Positions 1 through 14,010 are shown, counted from the first letter of the stretch. The stretch: 64,000 bases of DNA from Paraspadella gotoi (GCA_051294375.1 CM119268.1:3251856-3315855), one strand, 5' to 3'. Numbers and translations: made by a program. The notes: generated by a model not told the origin, from the sequence alone.

Positions 1-238
1 AAAAAAGAGAGAGATGTTTTATTTTTTTCACTAGTTTCTTTTTTTTTTTTGCTTTTTTGTCTCTTCCTTCCTCCTCTGTCTCCTTTCCTCCTTTTCTGGC
101 TCCTCCTCTTTAACCTTCTTTTACTTCTTCTTCTTTCTCTTCCTCCTCTTCCTCCTCCACATCCTCCAACAAACTCGTGACAAAATGTAAATCCCCCGTG
201 ATACTTGGATTTCCCTTGGCGGAACCGGGAGCAGAAAT

Positions 239-313
<75 letters not shown>

Positions 314-1459
314 ACGCACCGAGAACCATTCCAAAACAATGGAGCAAATGCAGAAAGTGTCACGGGAGAGAGGAGACGGAGAAAAAAGTGAGAGAGAGAT
401 AGAGAGAGAGACAGAGAGAAAGTGAGTGAGAGGCAATACTACGTCTATCGATTCAAATTATCGGAATAAAATTCTTTCATTTCACATCTGCCGCTTTTCA
501 TCATTTTCATCGACGACTCCTGCCTCTTCATTCTCCCCTTCTCCACGCCCCCCCCCGATTCCGCTACGCCCTCTATGCCCTCACAACCCTTAACGCCCCC
601 TATCATTCCACGACGCTTTGTTTCAGGCTTTTTCTCTCTTTCTCTCTCTCTCTCTCTGTTTCTCTTTTTCTCTCTCGAAGTCGTTTTCTCTTCTTCTCTT
701 ATTTTATCTCTTTTTTTCTGTCTTTCTGACTTTCTCTCTTCCTCTCTCGCTTTTTCTCTATTTCTCTCTTTCTGTCTTTCCCTGTTCCTATCTTTTTCTC
801 TCTTACTCTCTTTCTCTATCTTTTTCTCTTCCTCTCTCTTTCTCCTGTTCTGTCTTTCTTTCTTTTCTCCTTCTCTTTTATTGGCTCTATTTCTCTTTTT
901 CTCTTCGTTTCTTCCCTTCTCATTTCGCCTCTCTTTTTCTCAAGACCTGACTTTTTCCCCCCACTCTTTTCTTTTCTTTTCTACCGCCTTCACCCATATC
1001 AGATTTATTCCTTTATTTTTTCCCCTTTTTCATTTTCTCATTACTTCGTGAAATAAGCAGCATCCCNNNNNNNNNNNNNNNNNNNNNNNNNNNNNNNNNN
1101 NNNNNNNNNNNNNNNNNNNNNNNNNNNNNNNNNNNNNNNNNNNNNNNNNNNNNNNNNNNNNNNNNNNNNNNNNNNNNNNNNNNNNNNNNNNNNNNNNNNN
1201 NNNNNNNNNNNNNNNNNNNNNNNNNNNNNNNNNNNNNNNNNNNNNNNNNNNNNNNNNNNNNNNGGGAAGGCTAGAGCTACGAGCCGCACCATGGATCTAG
1301 AAATGATTAGTATGTACATATCGACACCGGGGGAGGCGAACGAGATACTCAATCGAGATAGAAAGAAAGAAAAAAAGAAATATAGGTTTTGATTGGCGCG
1401 AGTAAGAAATATGAACGATTCTGATTGGTCGGACNNNNNNNNNNNNNNNNNNNNNNNNN

Positions 1460-1678
1460 CCCGGGATACGAACGGACAGTAACGCGACAGAACGGACGGA
1501 AAACGAGACATCATTTTTTTGATAATTTATTTATAATTTCGATGTCTTCTTTTCTGACATGTTATAGTGTTGATGCACCCCCCGACTATATTGAGGTGCG
1601 GACCGGAACGACACGGAAAGAGTATAATAAAAAGTGAGTAGTAGCAGTCGGGATCTGCTGGATAAGCAAGGATCGACT
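1460..1678 (-). mobile_element. 5' end fragment of a second copy of the same HINE family, truncated by a 25-N gap
   Basis: Colinear with ~44370-44541: degenerate ACGG tract, CATCATTTTTTT-GATAATTTAT..ATAATTTCGATG, then GTCGGGATCTG..GATAAGCA..GATCGACT followed by an A run. Confidence 0.8.
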
Positions 1679-2534
1679 AAAAAGCAAATTATAGGCTTTT
1701 GATTATGGCGAATCGTAGAAATAGAACGATTCTGATTGGTCCGGACGAGGTTGTAGCGAGGAGAGTGCGCGGCTTCGCATCGATCGGTGAGAGAGAAAGA
1801 GAGAGAGGAGAAGAGAGGAGAGAGAGAGAGAGAAGGAGAGAGAGAGATAAATGAGAGGGAAGAGAGAGAGAGACTGAATTAAAAAACGGAGGACTTTAAA
1901 TGTCGAGAGGTTAGGAACGGCGGGTTGAGGGGCGCTTGTTTTGATTTAAGAGAGAGACGGGATACAGGAGAGAGAGAGAGAGAGACGAGAGAGAGAGACA
2001 GAAGAGAGCAGAGGAAGAGACGAGAGACGAGAGAGAGAGAGAAGAGAGAGAATAATTTAGAGTTGAAAGAGAAAATCTTCTTGAAAGACGTAGAAGTAGA
2101 TTTCGCTGAGAGATACGAGAAATATTAGCGTCGTCGGCTCGAAAGAAATAAATCTGACGCAAAGATTGAAAAAAGAAGAAATAAGAGAGAAAAGAATCCA
2201 ATATGAGAAATAGAAAGATTGAAAAAAAATATGGAAAGAAGAAAGAAATATGACGGTAATGATGAATGAAAAAAAATAAATTGGAACGAAAGTAGAGAAA
2301 GAGAGAGAAAGAAAGAGAGAAAGAAAGCAAAGAAAAGAGAAAGAAAGAAAGAAAGATAAGAGAGGAAAGAAAGAAAGAAGAAAGAAAGCAAGAAAGAGAA
2401 GAAAGACAGACCAGACTAAAAGACTTTAAGAGTAAAAGACTGAAAAAAATGAAAGAAAGAAAAAGGATAAAGAAAGAAATAAAAAACGCTTGTATGAAAA
2501 AGAGTTAAGCATTCAGGTTATTTGGATAACGAAA

Positions 2535-2566
<32 letters not shown>

Positions 2567-2758
2567 CGAGAGAGAGAGAGAGAGAGAAGAGAAGCAGAGA
2601 GAGAGAGAGGAGTGCTTCATTTTTTCACTCGAAAAAAAAGAAAAACGGATTGCCGTTCGCAAATGATAGAGAGCGAGCGGAGAGTGCAAATGTAGTGTGT
2701 TACTGTTAGGAGAGAGGAGAAAGGAGGGGAAGGGGAGAAGAGTAGGGGAAGGGAGAAG

Positions 2759-2801
<43 letters not shown>

Positions 2802-2895
2802 AGAGAGAGAGGAAATCAAGGTCGTTTCCAATGGAGATTCGTTGAGGCAAAGTCAAATTCTTTAAAAAAGATTCGCGAAGAGGAAGAAATGATGA

Positions 2896-3200
2896 GAAGT
2901 GATGGAGAAAGAGGTGATGGTATTTTAGGGAAGTGATGGAGAAATAGGTGATGGTATTTGAGAGAAGTGATAGAGAAAGAGGTGATGGTATTTGAGTGAA
3001 CTGATGGAGAAAGAGGAGATAGTATTTGAGGGAAGTGATGGAGAAAGAGGTGAGGGTATTTGAGGGAAGTGATGGAGAAAGAGGTGATGGTATTTGAAAG
3101 AAGTGATGGAAAAAGAGGTGATGATATTTTAGGGAAGTGATGGAGAGAGAAGAGAAGCAAAAAGAAGAGTGGGATTTGAGGGAAGAAGAAGAGGTGATAG
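2896..3200. repeat. 34-bp minisatellite, ~8-9 copies
   Basis: Unit GAAGTGATGGAGAAAGAGGTGATGGTATTTGAGG recurring at 2896, 2930, 2964 and onward. Confidence 0.9.
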
Positions 3201-3575
3201 GATTTTTATTAGGTGATGCGTGCGTGAATGAAAAGGGAAGGATACCATTCGAGAGAAGTGATGTTATGTGAAAGATGTGATTGAAAGAGAAAATAAATTG
3301 AAGCAAATTGAAGAGATGTGATTCAAGAGGTGTTAAAATAAAAATAGACATTTTACCAGTGTGTATAAGTAAAAACTAGTTAAACATTTGATTATTTAAC
3401 AAAACAAAAAGTAATTTTACGAAAAGAAAACATCTTTCGTTAAAATCTTTTACTTCACTTCGTCTCTTCGATTTTCTGACTGAAATCAGTTGAAAAAAAA
3501 AGGAGTCGAACCGAAAGGAAATAATATGATAATGTAATTGTCCGCGGTACCATTTCCGTCTCTCTCTCTCTCTTC

Positions 3576-3611
<36 letters not shown>

Positions 3612-3922
3612 ATCTGCTCTCTCTCTCTCTCTCATCTCTTCTTCTTCTCTCTCAAACCCGGATTGCGACTGAAGAAGTCATAAAAAACCGTTTTCACTGC
3701 AGAAGCGATTATGTTCAGCGCAGACTTCGCCAAATTTAAGCATATTTAAAACGTTTTTCTTTTTTCCTTTACTCTCGCTCGCTCTCTCTATCTCTCTTTC
3801 TCTCTCGCTCTCCATCGTCGCAGTAATTTTAAAGCAATTCACTGATGTCATCTGCTGATGAAAAGCCTTTTACTCCGGTTAGTTGGCTCATATATTACAG
3901 GGGAGTTTTTCAAACTTTAAAC

Positions 3923-3969
<47 letters not shown>

Positions 3970-4384
3970 TTATGCAATCGTCTTCCTCTCTTCTTTACTT
4001 TCGTGATTAATATCTTCGCGTTTTAACGAATTTTCTCGCTCCAGCGAAGCCCCGCGCTTCCGTCTTTTTGAGCGTTCGTTTATTTGAATGATATCACTCC
4101 AATTATAATTAAATAAGAAATTCGAAACTTTTCATTAAATTTATTTTCATAATTTATAGTTTCAACTATAACTAAAACTGTAAAGAATTTACTTTAGAAC
4201 AATTCTTTCTCTTATTTTGAATGCACTTTAACTTATTTTTTTTATTTTTTAAATTCATTAAAAAAAAAAATTCCCCTTCATTATTAATTTTTTATTTCTT
4301 TCATTAATTCTCTAATACTTCTCTTTCTTTCCTGAGATAATTAAATTTCCTATATTTTTCCTCTATTAAAATATCATTTTTCAT

Positions 4385-5200
4385 TTCATTTCCTCTTTCC
4401 TCTTTCCATTTTCTACTTTCTTTTTTCCATTTTCCACTTTCCATTTTCTACTTTCTTTTTTCTATTTTCCACTTTCTATTTTCCATTTTCCATTTTCCTC
4501 TTTCCATTTTCCACTTTCCCTTTTCCATTTTCCACTTTCCTCTTTTAATTTTTCACTTTTCTCTTTTCATTTTCAACTTTCCTCTTTCCATTTTCCTCTT
4601 TCCATTTTCTATTTTCCACTTTCCTCTTTTCATTTTCAACTTTCTTCTTTCCATTTTCCTCTTTCCATTTTCTACTTTCTTTTTTCCATTTTCGACATTC
4701 CATTTTCCATTTTCCTCTTTCCATTTTTAACTTTCTACTTTCCATTTTCAACTTTCCTATTTCCATTTTTCACTTTCCTCTTTCTATTTTTCACTTTTCA
4801 CTTTCCATTTTCAATTTCAACTTTGCTCTTTCCATTTTCCTCTTTCCTCTTTTCATTTTCAACTTTCATCTTTTCATTTTCCACTTTCCTCTTTCCATTT
4901 TCCATTATCCATTTTCCTCTTTTCATTTTCAACCTTCCTCTTTTCATTTTCCGTTTTCCAATTTCCTCTTTTCATTTTTAACTTTCCTCTTTTCATTTTC
5001 CACTTTCTTCTTTTCATTTACCACTTTCTTCTTTCCATTTTGCTCTTTCCTCTTTTCATTCTCCTCTTTCCTCTTTTCATTTTCCTCTTTTCATTTTCCA
5101 CTTTCCTCTTTCCATTTTCCTCTTTCCTGTTTTCATTTTCCACATTCCTCTTTCCATTTTCCTCTTTCTTCTTTCCATTTTCCACTTTCTTCTTTCCCTC
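4385..5200. repeat. Degenerate heptamer satellite (TTCCATT/TTCCACT/TTCCTCT, often in 21-bp groups)
   Basis: ~800 bp of 7-nt periodic TTCCANT variants with almost no G on the + strand. Confidence 0.9.
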
Positions 5201-5642
5201 TGGCACTAATTTTATCTTTCCCTCGACGCCTCAACTTTAATCACTTTTCGATCAAAAAAAAAAGAGAGAAATTTTGTCATCGTTAAGATTGAGTTTTCGA
5301 ACTTTTTTTTAAATTTAATTTTATCATTTATGGCATAATAATATCATAAATAATATCATAAATAATATAATATAATATCATAAACGAGTAATCATTATAC
5401 GTATAAACGTCACGTGACTTTTAATTTGCTACAAAATTACATAAATTTTGTTGATTGATACGTACGTGTGTATTTCCGCGACGCGACACATCACCATTTT
5501 GTAAAAGAGAAAAGAATAACTTGGACCAAAGAATAAAAAATGAGAAGAGAAAAGAGAAAGAAAGTCACGCGTCATTTCGTTTCTCTCTTTAGGATATCAA
5601 ACCGACCGAGTCAACGTTGATGTTTTCCATCGCTTATATAAC

Positions 5643-5713
<71 letters not shown>

Positions 5714-5994
5714 CGCCCTCATTTTTTTCCCGTCTGAACCCATTTGGCTCTGTTATTGTTTTCACCCTTGTTGGACGGACCAGTTGAGAGGGGACAGAAG
5801 GAAAGAGATAGGGGTAAGAAAAAACGAGAAGAGAGAGTGAGAGAGAGAAAGATATACATAAATATAGAGAGAGAGCCTGTCCAACGTCAATAGTTATTAT
5901 AGCTTTTTTATTAAATAATTATGAATTAGTAATGTTAGAAAGAGATTAAAAGTAAGAATAAATGAATTTAGGAGGTCTCTTTGGAAGAAGAGAA

Positions 5995-6093
<99 letters not shown>
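5995..6093. repeat. (TAAA)n microsatellite
   Basis: Perfect tetranucleotide run. Confidence 0.95.
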
Positions 6094-6634
6094 ATTTAAA
6101 AAAAAATAAGGGAAAGGCAGGGAGTCGCTACTGCGGAGCTCAAATCGGCGCTCGGACGAGAAAACCGCCGCTGGTCGTGTCTCTTGTATCTCGTTGATTA
6201 AAGAGGGAAAAAAAATCGTTTAGCGTCCGATTCGAGAAAATGAGCTTCGGGGCTTTTTATGGATAAATGACAAAGATACTGACACTGATGATGACAATGA
6301 AAAAGGAGGGTTATTTATAAATAGAAATAGGGTCGACGTTTTTGAGTGAAAATTTTGAAAAAGTACATAGATAAATGTCTAAAAATAGATTGAGAAAGTT
6401 GGATGTATAAACTTCGAACGAATCATTTGTAAATCATTTGTTTATTTATGTAGATAAACGATTAAGTTGAAAAGAATTAGAAATGTTTATTATTAAGTTT
6501 AAAAACAATAAACACGAAACAAAAATGAAAAGGGTTTTTCACTCACTTCGCCTTTTGTTTTGAATCTGAACGTCGCGCACTCATTAGCCCAGACTCTGAT
6601 TCGAACATAACCATCGGTTTCGCTTCAGAACATT

Positions 6635-6677
<43 letters not shown>

Positions 6678-7315
6678 AGAGAGTCGAAGCCACGCCAGTT
6701 CCCTCACGCTACATTCGTTTTATGTCGCAAACAAACGTTTCTCCGTTGGTTCCTAATCACCGCTCGCTACTTCGTCGATAGTTTACGAGGGCCGCTGTAG
6801 GGCGAGGGTTTAGATAGTGCGCGAGCGTGAGAGTCCGATAGCGGATGGGGTTCGATATTGCGTGAGCGTGATAGTCTGAGATAAAACCTCAATTAAAACG
6901 ACACTTTATTGAGTGAAGTAAAGATAATAAACAAAAATTGAAAAAGAGAGATTAAAAAACAAGGATTAAAAAATAAAGATTAAAAAAAAAAAGATTAAAA
7001 AACAAGGATTAACAAACAAGGATTGAAAACAATGATTCAAAATGGAGAATTAAAAAGGAATGTCTAAAAAAAAGAGGAGAAGAATTTTTTTTAATTTCTA
7101 GGGACGGGAGTCTGGACGGCAACTCCCTTCGCCTCTTGTCCGAAGAAGTTTTCTCCAAATCGAAGACAATTGGCAGAGAGAGAGAGAGAGAAAGAGGCAG
7201 AGAGAGAGAGACAGACAGACAGACAGAGATAGAGACTAAGACACCAACCACTTTGTCTTAGTTTTCCTCTGGCCGAGTCGCTTTACCTCGTCTGGCTTTC
7301 TCGCAATGGGATCTG

Positions 7316-7328
7316 GTTGCCTAGTAAC
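7316..7328. promoter_or_regulatory. RFX X-box-like motif
   Basis: GTTGCCTAGTAAC fits GTNRCC-N-RGYAAC; ATTGG (CCAAT) boxes follow within 90 bp. Confidence 0.35.
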
Positions 7329-8346
7329 GGGTGAGTTAATCGGGTAAGTTTCGCCCCGATTGGTCCAGGCGATTTGCAGGGATTTTTTTTTCTTGATCGC
7401 CTGTGATTGGTGAGGTTTTTCGAAAGATGAGCAGAGAGAGAAAGAGTTTTTGTTCTTTGCTTATGGATTATTTAAACTTATCGTTAAATTTACTCTAATT
7501 TCCCCTTATATTAATATTATTTGACACCACATTTAAAATTTTTGGGATTTGAATTTGCTTCCACACTTAAATCATTGTTTATCATTTCGATAACCCACTT
7601 TCTTAATCACTTTGTATCACTTCAGCTTTGTATCACTTCAGCTTTGGACTTCCCTAATCTCTTTCTCTTACTCACTCTTCCTCTCGTCTTCCTCCGCAAG
7701 AATTCGTCTTCCTCTTAATCCTTTCTTTTCTTCTTTCCTTCCCTCCTCCTCTTCCTCCTCCTCCTCCTCCTCCTCCTCCTCCTCCTTCCCCTTCCAATCT
7801 TGTTTACATTTTGGAAGACACAATTTTTTTCATCTCTAATTTTTTTTTTCTAAGTCTTTTTTATTTTATTTCAAAATTTTTTTGGTATAAAAAAGTTTTG
7901 TGTTTCATTTCGTTTTCTAATTATTCTTTTTTTTTCGTTTTTATTTTCCTTTCTCCTCTTTCCTTTCTTTTTTTCTTTCTTTCCTTCTTCCTCCCTTTTA
8001 GTCTTTCCTTCTTTTTATTTTTTTTTTGTTTTCCTTGGCTCCCGCCAGATATCGCGCCCGGCTTTTGTTGATTTTATTACGTCCATAACAATCTCCGTCC
8101 GCCATCCCACATAACGATATTTTTTATATAAAGGCATATAGCGTGAAGAAAGTTACTACGCGCTCCGTCCTCGCAAAGAATCTGGCGAAATTTAACCACC
8201 CCCGCCCTTCCATACCCCCTTTTCTACCCCCCACCCTTCCATCCCCCCCTTTCCCCATCCTATCTCCAAACTCTTCCCCCCCTCGCTATTTTCGTCTCTT
8301 TTGTTGTTGTTGTCATCGCTAAGACAACGAACACAGCGCGGTTTTA

Positions 8347-8360
8347 GTCTCCTTGGCAAC
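8347..8360. promoter_or_regulatory. RFX X-box-like motif
   Basis: GTCTCCTTGGCAAC; a weaker variant ATCGCTAAGACAAC lies at 8315-8328. Confidence 0.35.
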
Positions 8361-9040
8361 AGACGCTATTTTACCGCCTTAAGCGTAGAGATTTTATGGT
8401 AAAACTCCGCAATCGTCACTAATGCTTTTGTAAGACGACTTTATTAGTTTATTTTTCCCTTTTTTTAAAATCTGTTTGACGCTTGACAATCATAACATCG
8501 ACGTAATATACATAATATACATTACTTACGCCGTCTTAAATAACCCTTTCTTTTCATCCAATGTGAATCGCTCTTTTCCTTTTTCCTTCTGCGCATCGAT
8601 AACAATGACGCCTTCTTTTCCGCCCTCCAATCACAAAATCAATCACGCCCTCTTTCCTCCTCATGACCAACTTCTCAAAATACTTATCGTAATATTTGCT
8701 TATATAGCAGTATTAATAAAACAATTATACTGAAAAGGTTTTTACTCTCTTTCGAACTCCTAATAACTTTTCTTTCTTCTTCGTCCAACCTCGGAATAGT
8801 ACTAACTCTTTCGGAGCAATTAATTCTTTGAGAAATTGCCCCGTCTCGCTCTCACTCTGGCTCTCGCTCTCTCTCCATCTCTCTAGCGATTGACCTTTCG
8901 GGGTTAAGCTTGACCCCTGGCGACTGGTAGAAGGTTCGAGTCTCCTTCGGTGTGTGGTCATTTTTTCGCCTTAGAAGACTCGAGTACAATTCGTTGGCGG
9001 TTTTGGGTTGTGGTTTGTGGCGGCGAAAAAATGTGGTTTG

Positions 9041-9103
9041 TTGTCGTCCAGACTGTGAATTGTGGTCGTCCAGACTGTGAATTGTGGTCGTCCAGACTGT
9101 GAT
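9041..9103. repeat. 22-bp tandem repeat, ~3 copies
   Basis: Unit TGTGGTCGTCCAGACTGTGAAT. Confidence 0.9.
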
Positions 9104-9653
9104 TTGATCCATTCCCGCTCCTCCGGTCAAGCCGAGCTGATGTCCGGCTCCTCACCTTCGCTCCAGCTACTCAAACGACTCGTGCATCTCTGGCAACCCC
9201 AGAAACTCCAACGATTCCAGCGACTCCAGTATATGCTGCATCACCTAGGACTCCATCATCTTCAGCGACTCCAGCGCCGCAGAGGACAAGTTCATCGGGA
9301 ACTCCCGGAGCCGGCGGCAGCGCATGGAGCTGCCGTAGCGGCGGCGCAGCGGCGCAGCGGTCATGAAAGATTTAACTTCAATTATCTTTTTATGGCCTCG
9401 TAGCCCTACATGATGCTGAAAACGTGGGTGGGCCGTGGGGTAGAAGAGAGGGGGTTTGGGGAGAGTGAAAGAGGGGAAAAGGGGGAGGGCGGCGTTGAGA
9501 TTGGCTGGGGGGCGATGAAAGAGGCAGATACGATGCACAAAAGGATCATATTGAAAAAAAAAAAAAAGAAGAGAAATAATAAAAAAAAAGAAAAATAAAA
9601 ATGAAAAAGAAAAAAAAAGCGGCCAGGGGAAAAAATATTCAGTTTGAAAAAAA

Positions 9654-9721
<68 letters not shown>

Positions 9722-9848
9722 AACGGTAATGATGCTTCGTCCATCATTAGTAGCGAAAAAAAATCCTTCCCGTAGCTTTTGAAGGCTTTTGCGATGGAAA
9801 CGACTCTTTCTCTCCTCTTTTTATTTTCAAGTTCGATCTCTCTTTCTC

Positions 9849-9915
<67 letters not shown>

Positions 9916-10654
9916 TACGTACATACCTCGCTGAATCAGAATGGATTACATTTTATATATATATTCGACTTCTTTTTCTATAAGAAACATTACATTCGTA
10001 CCGTTATTATGCATATTTTTTTCTTCTTTACTAATTAGAACGTTAACGATATATAATAATGTTTTTTTTTTTTTTGTTTTTTTTCCACAGCTTACGCTAC
10101 ATACGAGTTTGTTCCCTCAAACAAAAATGCATCATTTAGAAGCCAAAAAAAAAGAAAAAAAAGGACAACGACGTCAAAAACAACAACAACAGCGAAAACA
10201 ACAATCCTGAGAATTTGTTCTTCACTTAGAAATCAATTTTCTTCTCACACGTTTAGTGAACAAAAAAATGTCCATTTTTTGTCGTACACACACACACAAA
10301 AAAAACAAAAAAAGAAAATAAGTCGCAACTCGAAAAAAACGTCGTGTCAGCGAAAAACATATATTTTTTTTTCAAACGAAACCAAAACTTCCGTCGTTCG
10401 AAACGAGTTTTAAATGTGGTGAATACGAGAGACAACGACGATAACAACGACAACAACGGATGACGTCGACAGCGCCACCACCATCGCAGCGTCTGCACCC
10501 ACCCACCCACCCACCTACCCCCCCTTCGCCACTATCGACATTCGACGCCGATGCACCAACGCTTAAAAATCTCCGGAGCGGAAACAACTACGTTGGAATT
10601 TTCGATGAATCGAAAAATAAAAACGAGAAAAAGCAAAAAAAACAAAAAAAGAAA

Positions 10655-10686
<32 letters not shown>

Positions 10687-10924
10687 AGGAATAAAGTGAT
10701 TTTATTTTAGTGATGAATGCGACGAAATTTGGTCGCCCGATTCAATTCTCTCTTCTCAATTAACTCAGACCCAAAAAACACCCATTAATTTAAAAAAAAT
10801 TAAAAAGTAAAAAATAAATTAATAAATAAATATAAAACCAACGAAACCCATCATATTGGGTATAACCATCGTGACTTAAAGAAGCGAAAAGGAAGAATTT
10901 ATGCCATACTTATTGGCGAAGCGT

Positions 10925-11182
10925 ACCGTGACTCTGACGCTCTCAAGCTGTGACGCTGTAAAATTGTAATGCTAACAAATCATGACATAGAGAATTTAAG
11001 ATTGAGCCTCTCAAACTATTTTTCTTTGAAACTATGACGATGTCAAAATGTGACATAGAAAACAAGTGACGCTGTGAACTCGTCTGTGAACTGTGAACGC
11101 ATAAAACCGTGCCGATCTCAATCCGTGACACTGTGAAACCGTGACGTCGAGAAAAGGTGACGCTGACAAAAACCGTGACGGC
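10925..11182. repeat. Degenerate GTGACGCTGTGA-type short tandem repeat
   Basis: Numerous variants of (C/T)GTGAC(G/A)CTG spaced ~10-20 bp apart. Confidence 0.6.
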
Positions 11183-11263
11183 TAATCGGCCCCGACTTCG
11201 GAAACCGCGAATCAAGATGGCGGGAAACGGTTTCTGTTTGTGGCACTTTAACGACGCGAGGCC

Positions 11264-11299
<36 letters not shown>

Positions 11300-11879
11300 A
11301 GAGGGTTGGCGAAAAGGTAAGTGAAAATGTCTGGGTGAGTCTGAGGCCGAGAGGGGTTGAGGGGTTAAGGGGACCAAAGGAATTGCTGATTTTGGTGGAA
11401 GGGAAACTCATAAAAAAAAAGAGGCGGATTTTTGGGTGGAGATTTATTTTAATTAGAAAATTTATTTTTTCGAAAATTTTATCGTAAAGAATCGAAATAT
11501 CTCGGTCGATATCAAGATCAACATTGTACAGGCTTCCGCTCCTTTTGAAATCTCTCCTCGTAGCTTTTAAAAAACGTAATAAAGTCTAACTTTTTCTACA
11601 AAAAAAAAATTTATAAAAATTATAAATTTCCCCGAAATTTATCAATATGTAAAAAGGAAGTTATTATCGTCAACTGAAAGATAAAAGACGAACTCATCTC
11701 AATGGAATTCGAAGGCAGAAAAAAAAACTCGGCGGACGAATGAATTTGATCAGAGAGAAAATCAGAAGAAAGAATTCGGTCGAGACAAAAAAGTTCCATC
11801 ATTTTGTGGCAAAAGATTCCGGCGCCGATTGCCCGATCCTCCGATCCGTTTCTGTTTTTGGTTGAGGTTGATTATCCTG

Positions 11880-12190
11880 CGATGGCATCGTGAAGAAAGA
11901 TTTAATGCACCATGCGGAAAGAGAGTCAAGGCATCATAAAGAATGGTTCATAGCACATGCAGAAAGATTCATGTCCCATGCCAAAAGAAGAACTAAAAAA
12001 AAATTCATAGTTCCAAAATGAATGTTTCATCACACCATACCAAAATTTTCATAGCACCAGGCTGACTCGCTGAGATACAAAAAAATTATCAGACCATGGC
12101 AAAAATTTATAAATCCATGCCAAAAAAACTTATGGCGCCATAACAAATATTTCATAAGAACAAGGCGAAAGATTAAGAGATCCATGTTGA
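11880..12190. repeat. Highly degenerate ~22-bp minisatellite
   Basis: Recurrent AAAATTCATAGCACCATGC-like units. Confidence 0.55.
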
Positions 12191-12635
12191 AAATACGAGC
12201 ATTTCATCCCGCTGATTTCATTTCGCCTTGCCGAAGGTTAAACTTTGAATGTCGTCTGGAAAACCCATTTGATATCAATCTATTATTCTTTGTATTATTT
12301 TATTCCATAATATTATTAATTTATTACTAATTCCTCCATAATATTCAAAACACGGAAGTTTCCTTCCAAATCTTTCATCGCCTAAAAAAGCGAGGAAGAC
12401 CGGATCTCATTTCTCCGGAAAAATTCCGATTCCATTCCGGCCATCCCCCTTTTTTCTCCACTCCGGAAATTTCTGCCCGTCTCTCTCTTCCGGAAATTCC
12501 ATCCGGCGTTTGCCGGAAAACTCTATTCCTTTCTCGCTTCTTTCGCCGGAAGCTTGATTCTCTCTCCGATATAAATCGGTCATTCTTCGCGGAAGAATAA
12601 CTTTCCATTCTCTCTCTCTCTCTCTCTCTCTCTCT

Positions 12636-12690
<55 letters not shown>

Positions 12691-13905
12691 TCTCTCTCTC
12701 TCAATCGCGCTTAGCTGCGTCCCGAGTAAGTCACCAAAAACTTTTTTTTCTTGCCGACCGACTCACGTAAAATCGAAAAATTCTCGCTCTCTCTCTCTCT
12801 TCTCCTCTCTCTCTCTCTCTCTCTCTCTTCTCTTCTTCTCTCTCCTCTCTCTCTCTCTCTCTTTCTCTCATTAATAGAGTTTTTCTTGTGTTCTATTTTT
12901 ATTTTTTATCGCAAATAATGAGATATAAGAAAGGGATTTTTGCGCGGGGGAAGGTTGAGCGGGTATGAAGCCTAGATTGAGCCATTTGCTGGAGAGAAAC
13001 TCTCGCTCGATATCATCTTGGGGAAAGAAACTCTTATCATCTCTCGTTATCGCTCTCTCTCTCTCATCTCTCGGTCGTGCTCAATCCCTTATCTCTCTCA
13101 TTCTCTCTCATCCATCTCTCTCTCTCTCGTGTACGACAAGTCTCTCTCTACTCCTCATCATCTCATTCTTGGTTTCTCCATGTTTCCGGAAAGAACATTT
13201 TCAATTCGCAGTTTTGAATCTCATCCAATTTTATCCTCGAGTTCGCTTTTAGCGAACAAGTAGGTGACACGAAAAAGAACTACTTCACATAATCGTCGCA
13301 TAGAAAACTATTTTTATTCTCTAATAACACAAGCAAATATTTATCTCTCACATGCCGCAGCTTTTTTTAAAAAAACCCTGCCGCCTTTTACGAGCTCGTT
13401 AAACCCGGCCATATTCTTCCCCCACCGTCTCTTTTTACGAAGTTCGACTGGCACGTCCTGCGTTTCGCTAAAACGAGGCAACGGGGAATCGGATGAAGCG
13501 AACTCGGCGTTGGGGATCCCACGCTTCGTTCTCGAGGGAATCGAGAAAAGGGAAATCCGTTGCTGACTCAGCCCGGTTTCGTTAAATCGAGACTCGATCC
13601 AAATGTACGTCGTTAATTCGAATATTTTTTTAAATTTATTTATTAATTTATTTATTTTTTTAAAAAAGTTCCAAAAAATTAATTAGGTAATTTGGAGAAA
13701 GGTGATACACAATATAAAATCGAGATACTTCGAAATACTTCTTTAAGTTACATTGAATTGTGCGAAACAACAGTCAAATTGTATTATAGGGATTTTGCAG
13801 CAAACTTTGTTCTCTCGGTGTTTATTTGAATCTGATATAATAGTTTAAGAGTTTAAGGTTTAAAGTTTATTTGTTTTGAGAACCTCCTTTTTACATTAAT
13901 TTTCG

Positions 13906-14010
13906 TTACTTTACTTTACTTTACTTTACTTTACTTTACTTTACTTTACTTTACTTTACTTTACTTTACTTTACTTTACTTTACTTTACTTTACTTTAAC
14001 TTTACTTTAT
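13906..14010. repeat. (TTTAC)n microsatellite
   Basis: Near-perfect pentanucleotide run. Confidence 0.95.

Noticed and set aside
110-2391. ORFs rich in ER/SL/F repeats (and similar ones throughout the window)
   Set aside because: They are translations of (AG)n/(CT)n and (AAAG)n microsatellites, open on both strands for compositional reasons.
2617-3351. 244-aa minus-strand ORF
   Set aside because: Derived from a 34-bp (non-triplet) minisatellite plus a CT tract.
13380-13610. Minus-strand open frame with RTKR/RKKRR basic sites (neuropeptide-precursor-like)
   Set aside because: No signal peptide, clear acceptor or repeated peptide motif.
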